The translations under genes were made by a program, and so were the position numbers. The notes below the pieces were generated by a model. That model did not search any database, was not told the DNA's origin, and worked only from the letters and a program-made list of their open reading frames with translations. Of a stretch of 8,711 nt of DNA, positions 1 to 6,790 are shown one piece after another (position 1 is the stretch's first letter; the number at the start of each line of letters is the position of its first letter). The DNA lies in the IMG/VR virus record IMGVR_UViG_2695420643_000013, one strand, 5' to 3'. The stretch comes from a virus. Lineage: Duplodnaviria; Heunggongvirae; Uroviricota; Caudoviricetes.

Positions 1-440
1 CGCCACCAGTCATCCTCACGCTCAAAATCCGGCATATCAATTCCCGCCAGATGGTAGGCATCCCGGAACAGCGTGTAACAGTCCGTCACCCCGTGCTCAA
101 AGAGCCGTCCTGTCAGATGTGGCACACAGCGGAATTTATGAATGTCCCCCCGGCAGACCAGCCACCAGGACAGTGCACTTTTTATCTGCAGCCGCCGGTC
201 GGCCTCGCTCAGCCAGGGCAGACCACCGGGATGACTGTGGACCAGTGCCACAATCTCCCCCTGCATCTCTGCCCGCAGCCAGTCTTCCGGTGCAATACGA
301 AAATACGCCTCCGGCTCTGCAGAGATATTCACACAAGGGATATACCGCTCCCCCTCCGGCGTTCTCACCACGAAGCCACACGACTCCGCAGGCACACACC
401 GCCGGGCATGCGCCAGAATCGCTGATTCAGTCTGTGTCAT
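1..440 (-). CDS. K: Tail assembly protein K, lambda gpK-like (N-terminal JAMM/MPN domain plus start of NlpC/P60 domain); partial, 3' end lies beyond window start
   Basis: Manual minus-strand translation from ATG at 440..438 gives the same first 99 residues as the 1766 copy (MTQTESAILAHARRC...HSHPGGLPWLSEAD...WWLVCRGD) and continues IHKFRCVPHLTGRLFEHGVTDCYTLFRDAYHLAGIDMPDFEREDDWW with no stop to position 1. HSHPx7SxxD is a JAMM motif; DCYTL matches the NlpC/P60 catalytic Cys region as I recall it from lambda K. Lies immediately downstream of L, as in lambda. Confidence 0.85.
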   Translation of the reverse strand, partial: MTQTESAILAHARRCVPAESCGFVVRTPEGERYIPCVNISAEPEAYFRIAPEDWLRAEMQGEIVALVHSHPGGLPWLSEADRRLQIKSALSWWLVCRGDIHKFRCVPHLTGRLFEHGVTDCYTLFRDAYHLAGIDMPDFEREDDWW

Positions 441-1149
441 AAACCGGGATTTACTGCGAAAGTTTATTAATGGAAAGGAAACCGCCAAAATTAGCCACCA
501 TGCCGCGCATCTCACACCCGCGCATGCACTTGCTGCATCTGTCCTTACGGATATCGGTGGTGGGTTTATCGAACTCATCCGCCACAGCCCCGCCCGTGTA
601 ACCACACTCATCAGAGCGGTAGGTCCACATACAGGTGTTCGCCAGCATGATGCGACCGGGAAACAGCGCCCCGTCCGTCTCGGTCGGTGTGGCCAGCACA
701 AACGAGGCCGTCATGGCCGTCAGCGATGACATCTGCTCCACCACCCACCGGTCAGTCAGCTCCTGCTCCGGGTCGGCCTCCGGATTGCCTGCCACAAAGT
801 TCACCGCATCCAGAAAACGCGCATACACCCGGCGGCGGACCACCGTGGCACCCACCAGGCTCTGCAAATCCTCCGCCATCCCGGTGACAAGACCGAACAG
901 ATTGGACACCGTCAGCGACGGGCGGGCACTGCTGCCCTTTCCGTTCATCTCAAAGCCACTGCCCTCAATCGGGTACGCCTGATATTGCCGCCCCTGCCAG
1001 GTCACCGGCTCCCTTTTTTCATTCAGCTCATTGCAGAAAAAATACCGCTCACCGCCCTGCACCGTCAGGTCGATTTCCCAGAGCACCACCCGCGGTGACT
1101 GCTCTGACTTAACCGACTCGTTCAGGCTTTCTTCGTGAATGTCCTGCAT
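145..1149. repeat. Direct repeat, copy A of the duplicated K(5')-L segment (continues at lower identity through the M-like region to about 1470)
   Basis: 145..440 matches 1471..1766 at offset 1326 with 2 mismatches in 296 nt (by eye). 451..1149 matches 1772..2470 at offset 1321, with a 5-nt indel in the L-K spacer. The encoded L proteins differ at 14 of 232 residues. Confidence 0.9.
451..1149 (-). CDS. L: Minor tail protein L, lambda gpL-like (copy 2 of 2)
   Basis: 232-aa ORF, same length as lambda L and with the Cys-rich C-terminus (CSKCMRGCEMRG...NFGGFLSINKLSQ) I recall from lambda gpL. About 94% aa identical (14 differences) to the ORF at 1772..2470. Start overlaps the stop of the upstream ORF. 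Confidence 0.9.
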   Translation of the reverse strand: MQDIHEESLNESVKSEQSPRVVLWEIDLTVQGGERYFFCNELNEKREPVTWQGRQYQAYPIEGSGFEMNGKGSSARPSLTVSNLFGLVTGMAEDLQSLVGATVVRRRVYARFLDAVNFVAGNPEADPEQELTDRWVVEQMSSLTAMTASFVLATPTETDGALFPGRIMLANTCMWTYRSDECGYTGGAVADEFDKPTTDIRKDRCSKCMRGCEMRGMVANFGGFLSINKLSQ

Positions 1150-1766
1150 CAGTTCACCACCTGCTTAAACTCCGCGCTGAACTCAACGCGCAACATCCCG
1201 ACCCGCGCAGACCACCCGGCACAGGTCACCTTTATCTGCCGGTATGCATAGGGTGGCTTCCACAAAAATGCCTTCCAGCCCCCGTGCTCTGCCAGAAACG
1301 CTTCCAGATGCCGGGCCTCCTCCCGGGTCACGGAAAGCGTCACCCGGTATGTTTTCAGGTCAGCATTCAGCCCTGCCGCCATACGCTGTGAGTACCCGTC
1401 ACCAAAACGCACTTCACGCACCGATGGCTGCGAGTTCACCTCCATATCCGGCTTCACTTTCCAGCGAAAATCCCCCCGGCAGACCAGCCACCAGGACAGT
1501 GCACTTTTTATCTGCAGCCGCCGGTCGGCCTCGCTCAGCCAGGGCAGACCACCGGGATGACTGTGGACCAGTGCCACAATCTCCCCCTGCATCTCTGCCC
1601 GCAGCCAGTCTTCCGGTGCAATACGAAAATACGCCTCCGGCTCTGCAGAGATATTCACACAAGGGATATACCGCTCCCCCTCCGGCGTTCTCACCACGAA
1701 GCCGCACGACTCCGCAGGCACACACCGCCGGGCATGCGCCAGAATCGCTGATTCTGTCTGTGTCAT
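1149..1766 (-). CDS. Chimeric ORF: K N-terminal JAMM/MPN domain (residues 1-99) fused in frame to minor tail protein M (from about residue 4 to the end)
   Basis: 205-aa ORF. Residues 1-99 are encoded by sequence near-identical to 145..440 (K 5' end). From residue 100 (FRWKVKPDMEVNSQPSVREVRFGDGYSQR...RVEFSAEFKQVVN) it aligns along its full length to the M ORF at 2470..2811 and, by recollection, even more closely to lambda M. Junction maps to about 1470/1471. Whether it is expressed or functional is unknown. Confidence 0.7.
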   Translation of the reverse strand: MTQTESAILAHARRCVPAESCGFVVRTPEGERYIPCVNISAEPEAYFRIAPEDWLRAEMQGEIVALVHSHPGGLPWLSEADRRLQIKSALSWWLVCRGDFRWKVKPDMEVNSQPSVREVRFGDGYSQRMAAGLNADLKTYRVTLSVTREEARHLEAFLAEHGGWKAFLWKPPYAYRQIKVTCAGWSARVGMLRVEFSAEFKQVVN

Positions 1767-2470
1767 TGGATTTACTGCGAAAGTTTGTTAATGGAAAGGA
1801 AACCGCCAAAATTAGCCACCATGCCGCGCATCTCACACCCGCGCATGCACTTGCTGCATCTGTCCTTACGGATATCCGTAGTGGGGTTGTCGAACTCATC
1901 CGCCACCGCAGGACCGTTATACCCGCATTCATCTCCCCGGTAATCCCACATACAGGTGTTCGCCAGCATGATGCGACCGGGAAACAGCGCTCCGTCCGTC
2001 TCGGTCGGTGTTGCCAGCACAAACGAGGCTGTCATGGCCGTCAGCTCTGACATCTGCTCCACCACCCAGCGGTCGCTCAGCTCCTGCTCCGGGTCCGCTT
2101 CCGGATTGCCCGCCACAAAATTCACCGCATCCAGAAAACGGGCATACACCCGGCGGCGGACCACCGTGGCCCCCACCAGGCTCTGCAGGTCCTCCGCCAT
2201 CCCGGTGACCAGACCAAACAGATTCGACACCGTCAGCGACGGGCGGGCACTGCTGCCCTTCCCGTTCATCTCAAAGCCACTGCCGTCAATCGGGTATGCC
2301 TGGTACTTCCGCCCCTGCCAGGTCACCGGCTCCCCTTTTTCATTCAGCTCATTACAGAAAAAATACCGCTCACCACCCTGGGCCTTCAGGTCAATTTCCC
2401 AGAGCACCACCCGCGGTGACTGCTCTGATTTAACCGACTCGTTCAGGCTTTCCCCGTGAATATGCTGCAT
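1471..2470. repeat. Direct repeat, copy B of the duplicated K(5')-L segment (continues at lower identity through M to 2811)
   Basis: See copy A. Homology of the K part stops abruptly at 1470/1471, where the sequence switches to the M-like reading frame. Confidence 0.9.
1772..2470 (-). CDS. L: Minor tail protein L, lambda gpL-like (copy 1 of 2)
   Basis: 232-aa ORF in the canonical position directly after M (stop/start overlap at 2470). Sequence family as for 451..1149. Confidence 0.9.
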   Translation of the reverse strand: MQHIHGESLNESVKSEQSPRVVLWEIDLKAQGGERYFFCNELNEKGEPVTWQGRKYQAYPIDGSGFEMNGKGSSARPSLTVSNLFGLVTGMAEDLQSLVGATVVRRRVYARFLDAVNFVAGNPEADPEQELSDRWVVEQMSELTAMTASFVLATPTETDGALFPGRIMLANTCMWDYRGDECGYNGPAVADEFDNPTTDIRKDRCSKCMRGCEMRGMVANFGGFLSINKLSQ

Positions 2471-2811
2471 CAGTTCACCACCTGCTCAATCGTACAGCTG
2501 AAATCACTGTACCGGACGTTATCCGTGACGCTCCACTCCCGGCACACCACCCTCACCGTCCGGTTATGTTTCGGCGGTCGCCACAAAAAGGCACGGTAAC
2601 CACCATGCCAGGATAAAAATTCATCCAGCCAGCGCCGGGTTGACTCATCCGTCACCCGGAACACCGCCTGAAACGTCTTCAGTTGAGGATTCAGTCCTGT
2701 GGGGCGACGCTGTTCATAACCGTCACCAAACCGTACCCTCGCCACCGACGGTTTCTCACTCACCTGCATCCCTTCACGCGGGACCAGATGCAGCGTTTTT
2801 ATCTCAGCCAC
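2470..2811 (-). CDS. M: Minor tail protein M, gpM family (divergent from the M-like part of the chimera)
   Basis: 113-aa ORF between tape measure and L, the size and position expected for gpM. Shares the RFGDGY, HGG and AFLW-PP motifs and the C-terminal QVVN with the M-like half of ORF 1149..1766. Start at 2811 overlaps the H stop by 8 nt. Confidence 0.85.
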   Translation of the reverse strand: MAEIKTLHLVPREGMQVSEKPSVARVRFGDGYEQRRPTGLNPQLKTFQAVFRVTDESTRRWLDEFLSWHGGYRAFLWRPPKHNRTVRVVCREWSVTDNVRYSDFSCTIEQVVN

Positions 2812-5800
2812 TCAGCATTCCTCCGTCACGTCGCATGGACAACATCACCGCCTGCACCCGCTGGTCAATCAGCTGCACAAGACTGCCTGCCGCCTCCGGC
2901 CCTATCTGGCCATTAGTCCCGTCATTCTGAATGGCGATATGGTAGACCGGGGAATACACCAGGCCCGCACTACCGTTCATACTGCCCACCGCTCGCACAC
3001 CCAGCGAGCCATCCGCCGCCCGGGTCAGGGGCATAATGGCTTCAGGACCGGCCTCCCCCATCAGTCCCGCCCCTTTTGCAAAGGCAAAGTACGTGGGCGT
3101 ATCCACAATACTGTTGCTGTACGCACTCAGGTTTGCCGAGGTATACACGCCGCCTTTTGCATTGGCCACCGCCCCGCCCAGCCAGTCACCAATGCTGCCG
3201 AGAAATCCTCCCGCACCGGACATACCGTTTGCCGCCGTCTTAATTCCGTTGACAATCGCGGCATTCATAAGAACTTTTGATATTTCCTGCAGCACTGATG
3301 AGGCCCAGCTGCGCCATTCCACTTTATTTCCGTTCAGCATCTCCGTGATGTTATTCACCATCCCTGAGATACCCTCCGTCGCAAGCTGTGCTGCCTGTGA
3401 GGCGTAATCGGACGCATTATCCACCCAGTTACTGAATCCCTCCTGCAGCCCTTTCTGCCAGTCCGCACGCTGCACATCCGATTCGGCATAAAAGGCTGCC
3501 TGGTCCTTAAGGCGTTCGCTCAGATACTGCGCGTTCTGTGCCCGTGCCTGTCTGTAAAAATCCTCACTGATATCCCCGGTCTGATACTGAGACTGAAGGT
3601 CCGCATCCTTCTGGCGGAAGCTGTCGCGGATCTGCTGCAACTCCCGCATGCGTTCCCTGGCTCGTTCTCCCTGCCCGTATCCCAGCAGTTCGGCTTCATT
3701 TGATGCACGCGCAGCCACATTATCATTCTTCAGGGTCTCTTCCCGGGATCGCAACTGTTCCCGGATTTTTTGCTGGTCAATCAGGGCCGCGTTACGCAGC
3801 AGTTCCTGCTTCTGCATCTCCGTCAGGGTTTTCAGTTCGCCCTGCGCAGTCTGGTACTTCAGCTTCGCCAGCTCTGTATTCTGACCCGCCAGTGCCAGTT
3901 GCTCTTTCTGCTGCTTCAGTAGCCGGGAAAAACTGTCTTCCGCTTTTTCCGTCTCTGATTTTCCACCCCGGGATTTAGGTTTGTTCGCCTCGTTATTACG
4001 CCAGGCTTCCAGGGCATTACTGATATAACGCTGTCTCGCCTCCTGATACGAATCCCCCACAAAACCAAGGTCATCCGCCGCATACCCCAGCCGGGCACGC
4101 TCTTTTTCCTCCCCCTTCAGTCGGGACAGGGCCAGCTCACGCTCTGTTTTTGTCAGGGCACTCTGCTGTTTATCATCCAGGGTGGCCTGTGGCAGCCGTA
4201 ACGGTACATTCACCAGCCCCTGACGCTGCTGAAGCAGTTCATTCCCCAGCCCCAGCAGACGGTTGAATTCCGTATGCTGACCGTTCATAACCAGCATGGA
4301 CTGGTACACCTTATTCTGCTCTGCCGCCTGCTGACGAATTAACGCCACACGACGGTCTTCCAGCCCGGCAAGCACATCCTGAATGGACTGCGCTTTTTCC
4401 TGCATCTGTGCCAGACGGGACTGCTCAACGGCAAGCTGCTCTGTTGCCTGAGCAAGCCCTTCCGTTACGGTCTTCACCGAGGTCAGATGGTTTATCATGA
4501 ATCCGTCACCGGTCGTCCAGCCCGGGTTCGCCAGAACATACTGATATCCTGCGATTTTTTCCTGCAGGGATTTCACCCGACTGGCCTGTTCATCAATCAG
4601 CCGGTTCTGCTCTGTCAGCGCCGCCCGTGTTCGTCCTTCATTATCTGAGGCTTCAGGCAAAGACATTGACGGCGTTTTATGCGCGATTTCATCTATCGTC
4701 AGTGCATACTGGCGCGCAGACTCCCTGGCCTGCTCCTGATTCTGGTACAGCGTGTACCATGCTGCAGCCCCCAGCATCACCAGTCCGGGTACGCCACCAA
4801 CCAGCCCCAGCGCACCGCTCATCAGACGTGAGCCCACCGCCGTTGTACTGTTCAGCGCATTCTGGGCGGCGCTTCTGGCAGCAATATTTCTGTTCAGGCG
4901 TTCCTGTGTGGCCGCCAGACGGGCCTCTGCAGCAATCTGCATCTCCGTCCCGCGGGCTGCCGCCACGGCCTGCTGAGCACGGTACACGGCTGCCCTTGCC
5001 CGCGCTGTGGCAATCTGCGTTCCCCTGAACTGTGCTTCCGCCAGTGCAACTTCATTACGTGCAGCCGTCACAAGTCCTGCCGTGGCAGACATCGCTCCGG
5101 AGGCCATATTGCCAAAGTACCGGGCAACCCCGACGGCAACCAGCGCACCCACAGCTGTTGCCACATTATCAATCTGTCCGGCAACACCGTTCAGCACGCC
5201 GGAGAGCGTTTTTGTCACCCCGCTGGCCTCATTCACTCCGCCCACCCAGGCCATAAAGGCGTTTTCCACCTTCGTGATACTACCGGAAACCGTTTCTGGC
5301 ATGGCGGCATATTCATCACGCAATACCCCCAGCTGGCTGATTAACGCAGGAACGACTTTATCCGCCGTCAGTTGACCATCGTCCGCCATCGCCTTCAGAT
5401 CTTTACGGGCCACGCCCATGCCTGCAGCCAGTGCACGAATGATCCGGTCACCACTTTCATTGACCGAATTAAATTCCTCACCGCGCAACACACCCTGTGC
5501 CAGCGCCTGGCTGAACTGGGTGATCACCGAACCCGCCTCAGCCGTACTGGCACCGGAGATTTTCAGCCCCGTGGAAATGGCCTCCGTCACCTTCAGCACA
5601 TCATCAGCACTGTAACCATATTCACGCATCGAGGCAGCCGAACGGGCAAACAGGGCCGCATTATCCGAAAAAGCGGTACCTGTCCGCTGGCTGATATCCA
5701 TCAGCACTTTCTGTGATGACGAAAATTCATCAGATGACTGCGACGCCTGTTTCAGACGGGCATTCACGGAACTCCACTCATCAGCCAGTGAAATCAGGTG

Positions 5801-6046
5801 TCCGGTGGCAAAGGCACCGGCAAATGCGCCAGCCATTCCGACAGCAGAACCGCGAATTTCCGTCAACTGGCTGTTCAGTTCTGCCAGGGCACGTCGCTGC
5901 TCCCGGGCTGCCGCAGCGGCCTGACGCCCGCCATTCTGCAGGGTCCGGTAATATTCACTGCCCATACGGGAAGCACGCTGGAGCTCCGACTGGAATGACT
6001 GTGAATTTGCCGAAATTTTGATAATCAGTTCACGTAACGTCGCCAT
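2804..6046 (-). CDS. H: Tail tape measure protein, lambda gpH family
   Basis: 1080-aa ORF, Ala/Gln/Arg-rich with long predicted helical stretches and Gly/Ala-rich hydrophobic segments. C-terminus (NDGTNGQIGP...RRDGGMLSG) matches the lambda H C-terminus as I recall it. Sits between the G/T chaperone pair and M. RBS-like GGAGAAAGGTGA lies directly upstream of the ATG at 6046. Confidence 0.95.
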   Translation of the reverse strand: MATLRELIIKISANSQSFQSELQRASRMGSEYYRTLQNGGRQAAAAAREQRRALAELNSQLTEIRGSAVGMAGAFAGAFATGHLISLADEWSSVNARLKQASQSSDEFSSSQKVLMDISQRTGTAFSDNAALFARSAASMREYGYSADDVLKVTEAISTGLKISGASTAEAGSVITQFSQALAQGVLRGEEFNSVNESGDRIIRALAAGMGVARKDLKAMADDGQLTADKVVPALISQLGVLRDEYAAMPETVSGSITKVENAFMAWVGGVNEASGVTKTLSGVLNGVAGQIDNVATAVGALVAVGVARYFGNMASGAMSATAGLVTAARNEVALAEAQFRGTQIATARARAAVYRAQQAVAAARGTEMQIAAEARLAATQERLNRNIAARSAAQNALNSTTAVGSRLMSGALGLVGGVPGLVMLGAAAWYTLYQNQEQARESARQYALTIDEIAHKTPSMSLPEASDNEGRTRAALTEQNRLIDEQASRVKSLQEKIAGYQYVLANPGWTTGDGFMINHLTSVKTVTEGLAQATEQLAVEQSRLAQMQEKAQSIQDVLAGLEDRRVALIRQQAAEQNKVYQSMLVMNGQHTEFNRLLGLGNELLQQRQGLVNVPLRLPQATLDDKQQSALTKTERELALSRLKGEEKERARLGYAADDLGFVGDSYQEARQRYISNALEAWRNNEANKPKSRGGKSETEKAEDSFSRLLKQQKEQLALAGQNTELAKLKYQTAQGELKTLTEMQKQELLRNAALIDQQKIREQLRSREETLKNDNVAARASNEAELLGYGQGERARERMRELQQIRDSFRQKDADLQSQYQTGDISEDFYRQARAQNAQYLSERLKDQAAFYAESDVQRADWQKGLQEGFSNWVDNASDYASQAAQLATEGISGMVNNITEMLNGNKVEWRSWASSVLQEISKVLMNAAIVNGIKTAANGMSGAGGFLGSIGDWLGGAVANAKGGVYTSANLSAYSNSIVDTPTYFAFAKGAGLMGEAGPEAIMPLTRAADGSLGVRAVGSMNGSAGLVYSPVYHIAIQNDGTNGQIGPEAAGSLVQLIDQRVQAVMLSMRRDGGMLSG

Positions 6047-6062
6047 TCACCTTTCTCCGGGC

Positions 6063-6087
6063 AAAAAAACCTGCCACAGCAGGTTTT
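6063..6087 (-). terminator. Perfect palindromic stem-loop with flanking U-tract between T stop and H start (terminator-like or mRNA stability/processing hairpin)
   Basis: Plus strand aaaaaaa-cctgc-caca-gcagg-tttt. On the minus-strand transcript: AAAACCUGC UGUG GCAGGUUUU followed by UUU, i.e. a 9-bp stem (5 GC pairs plus 4 AU pairs), 4-nt loop and U-run. Located in the 50-nt gap between T stop (6097) and the H ribosome binding site. Confidence 0.4.
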
Positions 6088-6096
6088 CATCATTAT

Positions 6097-6411
6097 TTAT
6101 GACATTGCTGCAAAGCTCAGCGCGTCTTCCAGCGCCGCAAACGGATCTGACTCCACTTTATCCTCATCCTCGCCCCAGCAGAGCATGGCGTCCTCCAGTG
6201 AAACATTCATCCCCTGCGCCCCGAAAACCGCTTTCACGATCTGCGCATTACGGATATCCCCGCGCTCATCGCCCAGCGGGGACACCCTGTCGAACTCCAT
6301 CCACATCATCGCCTCGCTCGCACTCAGACTGTGGCCCAGTTCGGATAAGGTGCGCCCCAGACGGAGCGCAAGTCGCATCAGAAAGAGAATTTCCGGGCGG
6401 GCTACTTTTTT
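6097..6411 (-). CDS. T-frame extension of the tail assembly chaperone (G-T fusion product, made by -1 programmed ribosomal frameshift from G)
   Basis: The -1 frame relative to G is open from the slippery heptamer at 6411..6405 through the 93-aa ORF 6097..6378. Read by hand: after the slip the sequence runs AAA AAA GTA GCC CGC CCG GAA ATT CTC TTT CTG ATG CGA CTT, joining the MRLALRLGRT frame. The G then G-T arrangement just upstream of the tape measure gene is conserved in long-tailed phages. Confidence 0.8.
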   Translation of the reverse strand, partial: KKVARPEILFLMRLALRLGRTLSELGHSLSASEAMMWMEFDRVSPLGDERGDIRNAQIVKAVFGAQGMNVSLEDAMLCWGEDEDKVESDPFAALEDALSFAAMS

Positions 6412-6774
6412 CTGGCCGACTCTGCATCAGCGATCAGTTCCAGTGCCTGACGCAGCAACCGGGCATGTACCGGACCATAGACGGCCAGCACCTGCTCACG
6501 GTCGTCCGGAGTGAACACCCGCTGCAGATCCGTATCAAACAGGACATCGCAGAACAGCGTCACATCCGCTTCCAGGTTACGGCGGGTTTTCGCCACCACC
6601 GACAGGGTATCGTCATCCTCTCCATCACCATTGAGCACTTCCTGCCACAGATACCAGGCCTCTGCCGAAGGCTCCCGCAGCACCACGCTGACATTACCCC
6701 ATTCCGGCACCTTCACCGTTTTATGACGAAACCCTGACAGTCTGGCCAGCGCCAGCGTTTTCAGATCCTTTTTC
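6402..6774 (-). CDS. Tail assembly chaperone (gpG analogue)
   Basis: ORF between the major tail and tape measure genes. I place the start at the internal ATG 6774..6772 (MKKDLKTLALARLSG..., 124 aa) rather than 6824, because it follows the V stop (6791) and is preceded by an AAGGGGA Shine-Dalgarno about 8 nt upstream. Acidic protein ending ...ESARKK with the slippery site in its last codons. Confidence 0.8.
6405..6411 (-). promoter_or_regulatory. -1 programmed ribosomal frameshift slippery heptamer A_AAA_AAG (G to G-T)
   Basis: Minus-strand sequence AGA AAA AAG TAG: the heptamer A AAA AAG is in the X_XXY_YYZ register of the G frame, immediately before the G stop codon, and the -1 frame is open into the T ORF. 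Same heptamer as the well-known dnaX frameshift site. Confidence 0.75.
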
Positions 6775-6790
6775 ATGATGACCCATCCCC

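Noticed and set aside
1414-2022. Minus-strand ORF of 202 aa in an alternative frame overlapping the chimera and L
   Set aside because: Out of frame with the strongly supported L and K/M reading frames on the same strand; translation is Cys/Arg/Ala-rich with no recognisable domain. Considered a frame artefact.
1-2811. Explaining the duplicated M-L-K region as a collapsed or looped assembly of two related prophages
   Set aside because: Not fully excluded, but an assembler artefact should join at shared identical sequence. The observed K-to-M junction at 1470/1471 is between non-homologous sequences and preserves the reading frame, so I kept it as a finding with validation steps.
51-6737. Numerous plus-strand ORFs in the track (e.g. 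1244..2050 at 268 aa, 6018..6737 at 239 aa, 1956..2459, 5007..5375)
   Set aside because: All lie antisense to well-supported minus-strand phage structural genes, have Pro/Arg/Ser/Ala-rich low-complexity translations typical of GC-rich antisense frames, and lack recognisable motifs or ribosome binding sites. Treated as spurious.
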